DNA from: Candidatus Binatia bacterium
Lineage (GTDB): Bacteria; Desulfobacterota; Binatia; UBA9968; JAJDTQ01
Assembly: GCA_963666515.2 (NCBI GenBank)
Contig: OY762897.2
Span: forward strand, 3,264,001-3,328,000
Direction of reading: 5' to 3'
Length of the DNA: 64,000 nt
Made by a program: the position numbers and the translations under genes. Shown here in pieces: positions 20,909 through 30,787 of the stretch. Each line of letters starts with the position of its first letter. Position 1 is the first letter of the stretch. The notes beneath the pieces are model-generated. The model had not been told where the DNA came from and did not search any database. It saw only the letters and a list, made by a program, of their open reading frames with translations.

Positions 20909-21871
20909 CTAGTTGGTTCTGTAGCACGCTACCCACTGGTTGCGCGCCTTCTCCTCCAGAGTGGGCTCGTGACCGGCGCATATCCCGGACGCCTTGAAGC
21001 AGCGGTCCCGGAAACGGCACCCGCTGGGAAGGTCCAGCGGACTCGGCACCACGCCGGGGATGGCGTCGAGGCGCCGCTTGCTGGTGCCGCTGGGCAGCGA
21101 GTTCAGCAGGCCGATGGTGTACGGGTGCAACGGCTTGCTGAAGATCGCCTCGGGCTTGGCGCGCTCGACCATCCGGCCGGCGTACATGATGGCTACGTCG
21201 TCGGCCTGCTCGGCCACCACCCCGAGGTCGTGGGTGATCAGCAGCAAGGCCATGCCTAGCTGGGTTTGCAGCTCGCCCATCAACTCCAGGATCTGGGCCT
21301 GGATGGTCACGTCCAGCGCCGTCGTGGGCTCGTCGGCGATGAGCAGGCTCGGGTTGCATGACAGCGCCATCGCGATCATCACGCGCTGGCGCATGCCGCC
21401 GCTCATCTGGTGGGGGTAGTCGTTGACCCGTATATCGGGATCGGCGATCTTCACCAGCCGCAGCATCTCCACCGCCTTGTCCTTCGCTTCGCGCCGGGAC
21501 ACCTTCTGGTGGAGCCGGACGGCCTCCATGATCTGGTCGCCGACGGTGAACACCGGGTTCAGCGAGGTCATGGGCTCCTGGAACACCATGGAGATCTCGT
21601 TGCCGCGGATCTGCCGCATCGACTCGTCCGAGAGCTTGAGCAGGTTCTCGCCGCGATAGAGTATCTCGCCCTCCGCCACCCGTCCGGGAGGGGACGGGAT
21701 GAGCCGCATGATCGAGAGGGCGGTGACGCTCTTGCCGCAGCCCGACTCGCCCACGAGGCCGAGGGTCTTGCCCGCTTCGATGGTGAGGTTGAGTCCGTCC
21801 ACCGCCGGGAACTCGCCGTCGGCGGTGACGAAGGAGGTGTGGAGATTCTTGATTTCGAGCAGTGTCGCCAT
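20909..21871 (-). CDS. Oligo/dipeptide ABC transporter ATP-binding subunit (OppD/DppD-like)
   Basis: [46 protein letters not shown]; start MATLLEI. Confidence 0.93.
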   Translation of the reverse strand: MATLLEIKNLHTSFVTADGEFPAVDGLNLTIEAGKTLGLVGESGCGKSVTALSIMRLIPSPPGRVAEGEILYRGENLLKLSDESMRQIRGNEISMVFQEPMTSLNPVFTVGDQIMEAVRLHQKVSRREAKDKAVEMLRLVKIADPDIRVNDYPHQMSGGMRQRVMIAMALSCNPSLLIADEPTTALDVTIQAQILELMGELQTQLGMALLLITHDLGVVAEQADDVAIMYAGRMVERAKPEAIFSKPLHPYTIGLLNSLPSGTSKRRLDAIPGVVPSPLDLPSGCRFRDRCFKASGICAGHEPTLEEKARNQWVACYRTN

Positions 21872-22068
21872 GCCCAGATGCCGCTCCCTGCCGGCAGGCC
21901 CCATCGGACCCGCACGCGCGAACTTTACCAAAAAAGGGCCGGGGTGCAAACGAGTTTGCGGCTCTCCGCGGCTGTCCGTACTCACACCCCACGCGGCCGG
22001 AACCTTCCAGTCCTCGTCGGTGAACGCGCGACCATGCGAAAACGGGCGCGGTCTGGCATACTCGCCCC

Positions 22069-23661
22069 ATGCGCTTCTTCAACACGACCGGCCCCGTCCG
22101 TCTTGACGAACACTACGGGATCCCGCCGCTCGAACGCCTCGACCTCGACGAGGTGCTGGCCCTCGTTCACCAGAAGAAATACTTCGTCCTGCATGCACCC
22201 CGCCAGACCGGGAAGACGTCCGCCCTGCTCGCCCTCCGGGACCTGCTCAATGGCGGAACCGCGGGCGGGTACCGCGCGGTCTACGTCAACGTCGAGCCCG
22301 CCCAGGCCATGCGCGAGAACGTCCACGAGGCCATGCGCACCATCCTGAGCGCCCTTGCCTCCCGGGCGCTCCAGACACTCGGCGATCCCTTCGTGGACGA
22401 GAACTGGCCCGACATCCTGGCCCGCTCCGGCGCCGGCGCCGCCCTCGGCGAAACACTGTTGCGCTGGGCGCGTTCCGACCCCCGCCCAATCGTACTGTTC
22501 ATCGACGAGATCGACTCCCTCATCGGCGACACCCTGATCTCGGTGCTGCGCCAGCTACGGGCCGGCTACGACCAACGCCCGCGACACTTTCCCCAGAGCG
22601 TCGTCCTGTGCGGCGTGCGCGACGTGCGCGACTACCGCATCCACGCGAGATCGGAAAAGGAGATCGTCACCGGCGGCAGTGCGTTCAACGTCAAGGCCGA
22701 GTCGCTGCGTCTGGGGGACTTCACCGAGGCCGAGACCCGCGCCCTGCTTACGCAGCACACCGAGGAGACCGCGCAGGCGTTCGCCCCGGAAGCCCTCGAC
22801 ACCGTGTGGCGCCAGACGCGAGGCCAGCCGTGGCTGGTCAACGCGCTCGCCTACCAAACCTGTTTCCGGGACCGGGCCGGGCGCGACCGTTCCCGGCCCA
22901 TCACCCGGGAGGCCATCCTCGCCGGGCAGGAGGCGCTCATCGTGCGGCGCGAGACGCATCTGGACCAACTCGCCGACAAGCTCCAGGAGGAACGCGTGCG
23001 GCGGGTGGTCGAGCCCTTGCTGACCGGCGCTGCCCACCAGGTCGCCAGTCGGGACCTCGAATACGTGCGCGACCTCGGCCTCGTGGCGCCCGACGACCCC
23101 CCGCGCATCGCCAACCCCATCTACGCGGAGGTCGTTCCCAGAGAGCTGACCTGGGGCACTCAGGCCAGCCTGCTCCACGAGACTGCCTGGTACGTCACCG
23201 CCGACGGCGGCCTCGACATGGAGAAGCTCCTCGAAGCGTTCCAGCGTTTCTTCCGCGAGCACTCCGAACACTGGGCCGAGCGCTTCCAGTACCGGGAGGC
23301 GGGGCCGCAGCTTCTGTTGCAGGCGTTCGCCCAGCGCATCGTGAACGGCGGAGGGCGCATCGAGCGCGAGTACGGTCTGGGGCGCGGGCGGGTGGACCTG
23401 CTGCTGCTCTGGCCGCGCGGCTCGGCACCCGGCGCCGCGGTGGAGCGGCACGTGGTGGAGTGCAAGGTCCTGCACAAGAGCCTGGAGACGACGGTGGCGG
23501 AGGGGGTCGAGCAGACCGTCGGGTACATGGACCGGTGCGAGGCGGACTCCGGGCACCTGGTGGTGTTCGACCGCACCGATGGCAAGTCCTGGAAGGAGAA
23601 GGTCTTCCGCCGCCAGGAGACCGCGCCCGACGGGCGCCCCGTCACGGTGTGGGGCATGTAG
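22069..23661 (+). CDS. AAA/P-loop ATPase with C-terminal PD-(D/E)XK nuclease-like domain
   Basis: [18 protein letters not shown] Walker A, LFIDEID Walker B, C-terminal REY..GRGRVDL...VVECK. Confidence 0.85.
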   Translation: MRFFNTTGPVRLDEHYGIPPLERLDLDEVLALVHQKKYFVLHAPRQTGKTSALLALRDLLNGGTAGGYRAVYVNVEPAQAMRENVHEAMRTILSALASRALQTLGDPFVDENWPDILARSGAGAALGETLLRWARSDPRPIVLFIDEIDSLIGDTLISVLRQLRAGYDQRPRHFPQSVVLCGVRDVRDYRIHARSEKEIVTGGSAFNVKAESLRLGDFTEAETRALLTQHTEETAQAFAPEALDTVWRQTRGQPWLVNALAYQTCFRDRAGRDRSRPITREAILAGQEALIVRRETHLDQLADKLQEERVRRVVEPLLTGAAHQVASRDLEYVRDLGLVAPDDPPRIANPIYAEVVPRELTWGTQASLLHETAWYVTADGGLDMEKLLEAFQRFFREHSEHWAERFQYREAGPQLLLQAFAQRIVNGGGRIEREYGLGRGRVDLLLLWPRGSAPGAAVERHVVECKVLHKSLETTVAEGVEQTVGYMDRCEADSGHLVVFDRTDGKSWKEKVFRRQETAPDGRPVTVWGM

Positions 23662-23778
23662 CCGGGGACGGCGGCTGACAGTGCCGCCCGCGTAACGCGT
23701 CACGAATGGACTCCCGGAGTCCGTGCGCGTTTCATTGATCGACCCCAGGAATCCTGTTAGACGCCAAAATCGGGTCCT

Positions 23779-24081
23779 ATGCGCTCACGAGCCATGGAAG
23801 CGCCTCACCAAAGCCACACCGGGAACACCGACGCCCTCATCGAGCAGCTCGCCTGCGCGGTGCATGCCCGCCGCATGACGGTGCCGGCGGTCCTGTTCCT
23901 GGAAGCCCACAAGCCGCTGACTTCCCTGTTCCATACCGCCGCGGTCATGAGCCTGCCGATGCTGCTGCCGCTGTTCGGGGCGCGGGCGCGGGAGCTGCCG
24001 GCGTTCCTGCAGTCCCGCGACAACGTCGAGCGGCTGATCCGGCGGATCGAAGAGCTGGCCGGGGAGGGCGGGGACGGCTGA
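23779..24081 (+). CDS. Small hypothetical protein, first gene of the membrane/GlmL-like operon
   Basis: VPAVLFLEAHKPL...RDNVERLIRRIEE; TGATG coupling to next gene. Confidence 0.75.
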   Translation: MRSRAMEAPHQSHTGNTDALIEQLACAVHARRMTVPAVLFLEAHKPLTSLFHTAAVMSLPMLLPLFGARARELPAFLQSRDNVERLIRRIEELAGEGGDG

Positions 24082-24887
24082 TGCCGGGGTTCGAGAACGC
24101 CACCCCCGCGGTGCTGGTGATCATGGCGCTCATGATCGGGCCGGTGCTCTACTACATCCGCGTCGCCCGCCGGCGAAGGGACCTCTACGTCCGGCGCCTG
24201 GCCGGGGTGGACGCCATCGACGAGGCCGCCGGCCGGTCCGCGGAGCTGGGCCGGCCGCTCTCCTTCTGCACCGGCATCACCAACATCAGCCCGGTGCTGT
24301 ACGCGTGCCTCGGGGTGCTCTACTACGTCGCCCGCAAGGCCGCGCAGTACAAGTCGCGCCTGCTGCTGCCGCAGAACAACCCCGAGGTCATGGCCATCGC
24401 CGAGGACGTGCTGCGGGACGCGTACCGCGCCGAGGGCCGGTCGGCCCAGTTCGACCCGCGCAACGTCCGCTTCCTCTCCGAGGAGCAGTTCGCCTTCGCC
24501 GCCGGCTACATCGGCCTGGTGCAGCGGGAGCGGGTGGCCGGCGCCTTCCTGTTCGGCCACTTCGCCGCGGAGTCGCTGATCCTGGCGGAGGCCGGACAGC
24601 AGGCGGGGGCCATGCAGGTGGGCGCCTCGGTGAGCCCCGAGCAGGTGGCCTTCTTCATCGCCGCCTGCGACTACACCCTCATCGGCGAGGAGCTGTTCGC
24701 GGCCTCGGCCTACCTGACCCGTGAGCCGATCCAGCTCGGCAGCCTCTACGGGCAGGACCGCGCCAAGCTCTTCCTGTTCCTCATGATCGTGGCCGGCGTG
24801 GGCATCGCCACCGCCAACGCGGTCTGGCCGGAGCTGGGCCTCACCAACCTCGACACGCTGATGACGCAGGGCTGGGGGGCCGGATGA
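24081..24887 (+). CDS. Membrane protein, DUF6754-like
   Basis: N- and C-terminal TM; IDEAAGRSAELGRP, QFAFAAG, AESLILAEAG, CDYTLIGEELFAASAYL; family name from recall. Confidence 0.75.
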   Translation: MPGFENATPAVLVIMALMIGPVLYYIRVARRRRDLYVRRLAGVDAIDEAAGRSAELGRPLSFCTGITNISPVLYACLGVLYYVARKAAQYKSRLLLPQNNPEVMAIAEDVLRDAYRAEGRSAQFDPRNVRFLSEEQFAFAAGYIGLVQRERVAGAFLFGHFAAESLILAEAGQQAGAMQVGASVSPEQVAFFIAACDYTLIGEELFAASAYLTREPIQLGSLYGQDRAKLFLFLMIVAGVGIATANAVWPELGLTNLDTLMTQGWGAG

Positions 24888-25930
24888 CGCGGACGCGCCT
24901 GATCAAGCTCGTCACCTTCCTCGGCGGCATCTACTTCTTCCTGGAGTTCGTGCTCCCGGGCACCGTGTTCGGGGTGAAGATCGACGCCTGGCACGACCCG
25001 ATCACCAACGGCTTCATCACCGTCGGCGCCATGGCCGCGGGCCTGGGCCTCATCAACCTGGTGCTGCAGCACGGCTCGAAGATCATCTTCCGGCGCAGGG
25101 AGTGGGTCTACAGCTTCGCCCTGCTCGCCGGCCTGGCGGTCATGATGGTGGTCGCCTACCAGGACTGGGCGGGCACGCGCGCGGTGGCGGAGGAGGTGGC
25201 GCAGATCTCCCGCCTGGCGGACTTCGCGGAGCGCATCCGATCGGACCACGGGAAGCGGACCGAAGGCGTGCTGCCGGCGGCGGAACGCAACCGCAGGCTC
25301 AAGGAGGCCGCGGACCGGCTGCTGGCGCGCATCGAGGCCGCGACGGCCAGCTTCGACCTCGAACGCTTCGGCGCCGGCAGCGCCGACCAGGGGCTGGCGC
25401 GAAACTACCTGGCCGAGGCCGGCGCCGGCGTGGGCGCGGTCCGGGCCGCGGCGGCGACGCTGACGGCAACCGACGGCGCGCCCGTGGACACGGCCGCCAA
25501 CACCGGCACCGCCCGCGCCCTGAGAAGGCTCGCCGAATCCTGGCTCAACCTGCGCAACCTGGAGTACGAGCACTCCACCCCGAAACACGTCTACCACCTG
25601 CTCTTCGAAGGGCTGTTCGTGGCCCTGGGATCGGCCATGTTCTCGCTCCTGGGGTTCTACATCGCTGCCGCGGCCTACCGCGCCTTCCGGGTGCGCTCCG
25701 CCGAGTCCTCGCTGATGATGATCGCCGCGGTGCTGGTGATGCTGGGCCAGATCCCCTTCGGCGTGTGGATCTGGTCGGGCCTGCCGGACGTGCGGCTGTG
25801 GCTCCTGGAGGTGCCCAACTCCGCGGCGTTCCGGGCCATCACCCTGGGCGCCGGCGTGGCCGGGCTGGTGATGGCGTTCCGCATGTGGTTCTCCATCGAA
25901 TCGGAGTCCTTCGACGGAGAGGAACGGTAG
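24884..25930 (+). CDS. Multi-pass membrane protein of unknown function
   Basis: About 6 TM with a long helical soluble insert; SAMFSLLGFYIAAAAYRAFRVRS; ATGA overlap. Confidence 0.8.
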   Translation: MTRTRLIKLVTFLGGIYFFLEFVLPGTVFGVKIDAWHDPITNGFITVGAMAAGLGLINLVLQHGSKIIFRRREWVYSFALLAGLAVMMVVAYQDWAGTRAVAEEVAQISRLADFAERIRSDHGKRTEGVLPAAERNRRLKEAADRLLARIEAATASFDLERFGAGSADQGLARNYLAEAGAGVGAVRAAAATLTATDGAPVDTAANTGTARALRRLAESWLNLRNLEYEHSTPKHVYHLLFEGLFVALGSAMFSLLGFYIAAAAYRAFRVRSAESSLMMIAAVLVMLGQIPFGVWIWSGLPDVRLWLLEVPNSAAFRAITLGAGVAGLVMAFRMWFSIESESFDGEER

Positions 25931-25931
25931 G

Positions 25932-26915
25932 ATGAATCTCGCACGGCTGGACCGCCGCTGGATCTACCTGCTGGTCTTCCTGGCGTTGAGCGTGCCCATC
26001 CTCACCCAGTACACGGTGCAGCCGGCGCGCATGGACGACGCCGAGCGGTTCTTCGAGGTGGTGGACGGCATCGAGACCGGACCAGGCCGCTACGCCTTCG
26101 TGGCCATGGACTTCGGCCCCAGCACCAAGGGCGAGAACCAGCCCCAGGCTCGTGCGGTGGTGGAGCACCTGATGCGCCGGCGCGTCCCGGTGATCCTGTT
26201 CTCGCTCTACTACCTGGCCGAGCCGTTTCTCAAGTCCGTCCCCGAAGAGGTGGCGCGGCAGCTAGAGCGCGAGCACCCCGGCGAGACCTGGGAATACGGC
26301 CGCGACTGGATCAACCTGGGCTACCGTCCGGGCGCCGGCGTCCTCATCCAGGCGATCCCCAAGTCGGAGAACCTGGCCGAGCTGTTCGGCAAGGACGCCC
26401 GCGGCAACCGCATCTCCGGGCTGCCCGCGTTCAGCGGACTGCGCACGCTGCGCCAGATCGTGTTCCTGGCCGAGTTCACCGGGCTGGTGGGCGTCTTCGA
26501 CAACTACGTCCAGTACTTCACCAGCAAGGACTACACGCCGGCGTTCGGCCACGGCTGCACCTCCATCACCATCCCGGAGGCGTTCATCTACCTCGACTCC
26601 GGGCAGATCCAGGGACTGCTGGGCGGCCTGGCCGGAGCGGCCTGGTACTCCGAGCTGCTGCGGCAACGTTATCCCCGGCGGCCGGCGGACGAATCGCTGA
26701 TGCTCAACACCGGGCTGGGAGTGGCCCAGCTCGTGGTCATCGCCTTCATCGTGCTGGGCAACCTGGCCGGGCTGCTGCGCCGTTCGAGTTCGCGTCCTTC
26801 GACTTCGCTTCGCTACGCTCAGGACGGACGGGGGAAGGGGTCGGAACGGGGGAAGGGTTTCGCACGGAAGGAGTCTGGACGGGGGCAGGGGCCGGGACAG
26901 GACTCGGAGCCATGA
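25932..26915 (+). CDS. Membrane-anchored protein with large soluble domain, unknown function
   Basis: LDRRWIYLL, DFGPST, YGRDWINLGY, SGQIQGLLGGLAGAAWY; C-terminal tail includes a REP-like repeat. Confidence 0.8.
   Translation: MNLARLDRRWIYLLVFLALSVPILTQYTVQPARMDDAERFFEVVDGIETGPGRYAFVAMDFGPSTKGENQPQARAVVEHLMRRRVPVILFSLYYLAEPFLKSVPEEVARQLEREHPGETWEYGRDWINLGYRPGAGVLIQAIPKSENLAELFGKDARGNRISGLPAFSGLRTLRQIVFLAEFTGLVGVFDNYVQYFTSKDYTPAFGHGCTSITIPEAFIYLDSGQIQGLLGGLAGAAWYSELLRQRYPRRPADESLMLNTGLGVAQLVVIAFIVLGNLAGLLRRSSSRPSTSLRYAQDGRGKGSERGKGFARKESGRGQGPGQDSEP
26792..26826 (+). repeat. REP-like repeat embedded in CDS 3' end
   Basis: GCGTCCTTCGACTTCGC...GCTCAGGACG; first 17 nt identical to 51276-51292. 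Confidence 0.75.
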
Positions 26916-27622
26916 CCGCCCTGGACACTTGGCATACCGCCACGGTTCTCGTGGGCGGCATCGGGACGCTGGCGATCTTCAGCTTCCTGATCCGGGAGAA
27001 CCCGTTCTTCCGCCTGTTCGAGCACCTCTTCATCGGCATCGCCGCCGGCTTCGGGCTGGTCTTCGGCGTCAAGAACTTCCTCTGGCCCAAGGTGCTGGTG
27101 CCGATGCTGGGCCTGGACATCGTGACCTGGCCCGACGGCAGCCTCTCCCACGAGTACGACCCGCGGCTGCTGCTCTACCTTTTCCCCATGGTGTTCGGCC
27201 TCTTCTACTACTTCATCTACTCGCGGCGTCACGCGTGGCTGGCCAAGCTGGTGATCGGCTTCTCCCTGGGCATGAGCGGCGGTCTGGCCTTCAAGGGGTT
27301 CTTCAACCAGATCATGCCCCAGGTGACGAGCAGCTTCCGGCCGCTGGCGGTGTTCGAGGACGGCGCCCTGGCCCTGGGCCCCAGCCTCGAGAACGCGTTC
27401 TTCATCTTCACCCTGCTGGCGGTGATGTACTACTTCTTCTTCTCGTTCCGGCAGGGGAACCCGGCCGCCAGAGGCATCTCCCTCTCCGGCCGCTGGCTCC
27501 TGATGGTGTGCTTCGGCGCCTTCTTCGGCTCCACGGTCATGGCCCGCACCGCGCTCCTGGTGGAGCGGGTGCAGTTCCTGCTCATCGACTGGTACGGGAC
27601 CCTGGCGACCCTCGTCTCATGA
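26912..27622 (+). CDS. Multi-pass membrane protein of unknown function
   Basis: TLAIFSFLIRENPFFRLFEHLFIG, GRWLLMVCFGAFFGSTVMAR; ATGA overlaps. Confidence 0.8.
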   Translation: MTALDTWHTATVLVGGIGTLAIFSFLIRENPFFRLFEHLFIGIAAGFGLVFGVKNFLWPKVLVPMLGLDIVTWPDGSLSHEYDPRLLLYLFPMVFGLFYYFIYSRRHAWLAKLVIGFSLGMSGGLAFKGFFNQIMPQVTSSFRPLAVFEDGALALGPSLENAFFIFTLLAVMYYFFFSFRQGNPAARGISLSGRWLLMVCFGAFFGSTVMARTALLVERVQFLLIDWYGTLATLVS

Positions 27623-29457
27623 ACACCGATCCCGCAACGCTCCGCACCGTGCTGGTCACCGACTGCGGCTCCACCACCACCAAGGCGCTGCTGTTCGAGA
27701 AGACGGACGCCGGCTGGCGCCAGACGCACCGCGGGGAGGCGCCCACCACGGTGGAGCAGCCGGTGGCGGACGTGACGGTGGGGGCGCTGAACGCCTTCGC
27801 CGAGGTGGAGGAGGTGAGCGGCCGGAAGATCCTGGCGGCGGATGCGGCTCCGGGCGGCGCGGCACCGTTTCTCGAAACCGGCGACGACGGCGACCGCGGC
27901 ATCGACCTCTATCTCTCCACCAGCTCCGCCGGCGGCGGATTGCAGATGACCGTGGCGGGGGTGGTGCGGCAGATGAGCGCGGAGTCCGCGGAGCGGGCGG
28001 CGCTGAGCGCCGGGGCCATCGTGATGGACGCCATCTCCGCGGACGACGGCCGCGAGGACCACGAGCGCATCCAGCGGCTGCGCCACCTGCGGCCCGACAT
28101 CGTGCTGCTCACCGGCGGGGTGGACGGCGGCTCCCAGGAACACGTGGTGGAGATGGCCGAGACCCTGGTGGCGGCGGCGCCCCGGCCCCGGTTCGGCGAC
28201 TCGCTGCGGCTGCCGGTCATCTACGCCGGCAACGGCGACGCCACCGACGACGTCCGCGGCATCCTGGAGAAGGCCGCCCAGGTGGCGGTGGTGGACAACG
28301 TGCGCCCGACCCTGGAGGCCGAGAACCTCGGCCCGGCGCGGGAAGCCATCCACGAGTTCTTCCTGACCCACGTCATGAGCCACTCGCCGGGCTACGACAA
28401 GCTGCTGCAATGGACTCCGGCGCCGGTGATGCCCACGCCCGCGGCCGTAGGCGACATGGTGCGCGGCTACGCCGAGGGCAGCGGCAAGCCGCTCCTGTGC
28501 GTGGACATCGGCGGCGCCACCACCGACGTCTTCAGCGTCTTCGAGAACCGGGACGGCGAGCCGGTGTTCAACCGCACGGTGAGCGCCAACCTGGGCATGA
28601 GCTATTCGGTGGCCAACGTGCTGATCGAGGCCGGGGCCGAGTCCATCGGCCGCTGGCTGCCCTACGAGATGGAGGCCGCGGAGCTTCGCGACCGGCTGCG
28701 CAACAAGATGATCCGGCCCACCTCGATCCCCCAGACCCTGGAGGACCTGTGGCTGGAGCAGGCGGTGTGCCGCGAGGCGCTGCGGCTGGCGCTGGCGCAT
28801 CACCGCTCCCTGGCGGTGGGGCTGAGCGGCGTGCAGCAGCAGCGCGGCATCGCCGACATCTTCTCGCAGACCGCCGGCCGCTCGGACCTGGTGGACATGA
28901 TGAGCCTCGACCTGGTCATCGGCTCCGGCGGCGTGCTGAGCCACGCCCCGGACCGCATGGCCGCGGCGCTCATGATCCTGGAGGGTTTCGAGCTTCAGGG
29001 CTTCACCGGGATCGCGGTGGACTCGATCTTCATGATGCCCCACCTGGGCGTGCTGGCGTCGGTGCACCCCGAGGCCGCCCGGGAGATCTTCCTGCACGAC
29101 TGCCTGGTGAACGTGGCCCACGCCGCGGTCCCCGTGTTCAGGCGCCAGCCGCCCGCGGGGTCCGTGGTGGCGGAGGTGTCCGTGGACGGCCGCCCGGCCG
29201 GCACCGTCAAGGCCGGCCGGGTCGGCCGCATCGAGCTGGAGCCCGGTGCCGCCGCCCGCATCGCCGTCAAGCCCATGGCGGGGAACATCGACGTGGGCGC
29301 CGGCGCCGGCGCGACCCTGGAGCGGGACATCACCGCGGGCCTCTGCGGCCTGATCCTCGACGGCCGCGGCCGCCCGCTCCGGGCCCCGGCGTCGCCGGAG
29401 CGGCGGGTCGCGGAGCGCCGGGCCGTCATGGAGGAGTTGGGGCTCGCCGGATCATGA
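27619..29457 (+). CDS. GlmL/MutL(glutamate mutase L)-like ASKHA-fold ATPase
   Basis: TDCGSTTTKA phosphate-1, STSSAGGGL, LTGGVDGG, YAGN, MPTP, VDIGGATTDVFS phosphate-2, RTVSANLGM, IGSGGVLSH; ATG overlaps upstream stop. Confidence 0.85.
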   Translation: MNTDPATLRTVLVTDCGSTTTKALLFEKTDAGWRQTHRGEAPTTVEQPVADVTVGALNAFAEVEEVSGRKILAADAAPGGAAPFLETGDDGDRGIDLYLSTSSAGGGLQMTVAGVVRQMSAESAERAALSAGAIVMDAISADDGREDHERIQRLRHLRPDIVLLTGGVDGGSQEHVVEMAETLVAAAPRPRFGDSLRLPVIYAGNGDATDDVRGILEKAAQVAVVDNVRPTLEAENLGPAREAIHEFFLTHVMSHSPGYDKLLQWTPAPVMPTPAAVGDMVRGYAEGSGKPLLCVDIGGATTDVFSVFENRDGEPVFNRTVSANLGMSYSVANVLIEAGAESIGRWLPYEMEAAELRDRLRNKMIRPTSIPQTLEDLWLEQAVCREALRLALAHHRSLAVGLSGVQQQRGIADIFSQTAGRSDLVDMMSLDLVIGSGGVLSHAPDRMAAALMILEGFELQGFTGIAVDSIFMMPHLGVLASVHPEAAREIFLHDCLVNVAHAAVPVFRRQPPAGSVVAEVSVDGRPAGTVKAGRVGRIELEPGAAARIAVKPMAGNIDVGAGAGATLERDITAGLCGLILDGRGRPLRAPASPERRVAERRAVMEELGLAGS

Positions 29458-30575
29458 CCCAGGCGCTCACACCCGGACTCCAGGTGTTGGCCGGCACGGT
29501 GGTGCGGAAGACCCGCGAGCTTCCGGTGCCGGGGCAGACCCTGTGCGAGCGCGGCGACGCCGTGACGCCGCACGCCGTGGTGGCCCGGGCCGAGCTGCCG
29601 GGCGACGTCACCATCATGCGCATCCCCGAAAGCCTCGGCATCGAGCCGTTCGAGGCGCTCAAGGGGCTCAAGGTGGACGAAGGCGACGTGGTGGCCGAGG
29701 GTGACGTGGTGTGCGAGCACGCGGGCCTGTTCGGGCTGTTCCGGTCGCGCCTCCACGCGCCCGTGGACGGCGTCGTGGAGTTCGTCGCCCGGCGCACCGG
29801 CCACGTCGGGCTCCGGCTGGCGCCCCATGCCGTCGAGTTGCGCGCCTACGTGCCCGGCAAGGTGGTGGACGTCGATCCCGGCAAGTCCGTCACCATCGAG
29901 AGCCGCGGGGCGTTCATCCAGGGGATCTTCGGCGTCGGCGGCGAACGCTACGGCACCATCCGCATGCTGGACGGCGGACCCAGGACGGTGGTGGGCACGA
30001 GGAAGATCCCCGCGGACGCGGCCGGCCAGATCCTGGTGGGAGGCACCCGCCCGACCTTCGAAGCGCTGGAACGGGCCGCGGAGGTGGGGGCCGTCGGCAT
30101 GGTGGTGGGCTCCATCGACGACCAAGCCCTCACCGCCTACCTCGGGTATGAACTCGGCATGGCCGTCACCGGCCACGAGGAGGTCCCCCTCACCGTCATC
30201 GTCACCGAGGGCTTCGGCTGGCTGCCCGTGGCCGAGCGCACCCATTCCCTGCTCCGCAGCCTCGAAGGCCGCGCCGCCTCCCTCAACGGCGCTACCCAGG
30301 TGCGCGCCGGCGCGGTGCGCCCGGAGATCATCGTCGCCCGCGACGACGTCGAGCCCGGCGCCGCAAGCGGACGGCAGGGCGCGGAGGCCGGCCTGCGGGT
30401 CGGCGCCGCGGTCCGCATCATCCGGGCGCCCTACTTCGGCGCCACCGCCGAGGTGGTGGCGCTGCCCCCCGAGCCCCGGCGCATCGAGACTGGCGCCCGT
30501 ACCCGGGTCCTGGAAGCCCGGCTGCCGGACGGCGCGGTCGTCACCGTGCCCCGGGCCAACGTCGAGCTGCTGTAG
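29454..30575 (+). CDS. Hypothetical soluble protein (barrel-sandwich-hybrid-like N-terminus, KOW/SH3-like C-terminus)
   Basis: KVDEGDVVAEGDVV...APVDGVV, IQGIFGVGGE, TEGFG, SLNGATQVRAGAVRPE, VRIIRAPYFG, VPRANVE. Confidence 0.8.
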   Translation: MTQALTPGLQVLAGTVVRKTRELPVPGQTLCERGDAVTPHAVVARAELPGDVTIMRIPESLGIEPFEALKGLKVDEGDVVAEGDVVCEHAGLFGLFRSRLHAPVDGVVEFVARRTGHVGLRLAPHAVELRAYVPGKVVDVDPGKSVTIESRGAFIQGIFGVGGERYGTIRMLDGGPRTVVGTRKIPADAAGQILVGGTRPTFEALERAAEVGAVGMVVGSIDDQALTAYLGYELGMAVTGHEEVPLTVIVTEGFGWLPVAERTHSLLRSLEGRAASLNGATQVRAGAVRPEIIVARDDVEPGAASGRQGAEAGLRVGAAVRIIRAPYFGATAEVVALPPEPRRIETGARTRVLEARLPDGAVVTVPRANVELL

Positions 30576-30600
30576 CTGAAGGAGGCGAACGAAGGAGGGG

Positions 30601-30684
30601 CGCCCGCAGGACCGCGGGTCGGACCCGGGACGCCGAAGGGCGGACCCAACGGCGTCCCGGGTCCGACCCGCGGTCCTGCGGGCG
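30601..30684. repeat. Conserved-core palindrome, copy 2
   Basis: 35-bp perfect arms (30601-30635/30650-30684), loop AAGGGCGGACCCAA. Confidence 0.92.
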
Positions 30685-30787
30685 GGGACATTATCGCTTT
30701 GCGCTGACGGACATTGTTGCAATGGGGTCTCCCGGCCAGCATACTTGTTTTCGGGACGATGGTTTCCGCCTGGGCGAGGGAGGTTCC

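Noticed and set aside
26929-29457. 842-aa version of the GlmL-like ORF, or a DNA-repair MutL call
   Set aside because: The extension overlaps the real membrane gene; motifs are ASKHA-type, not GHKL
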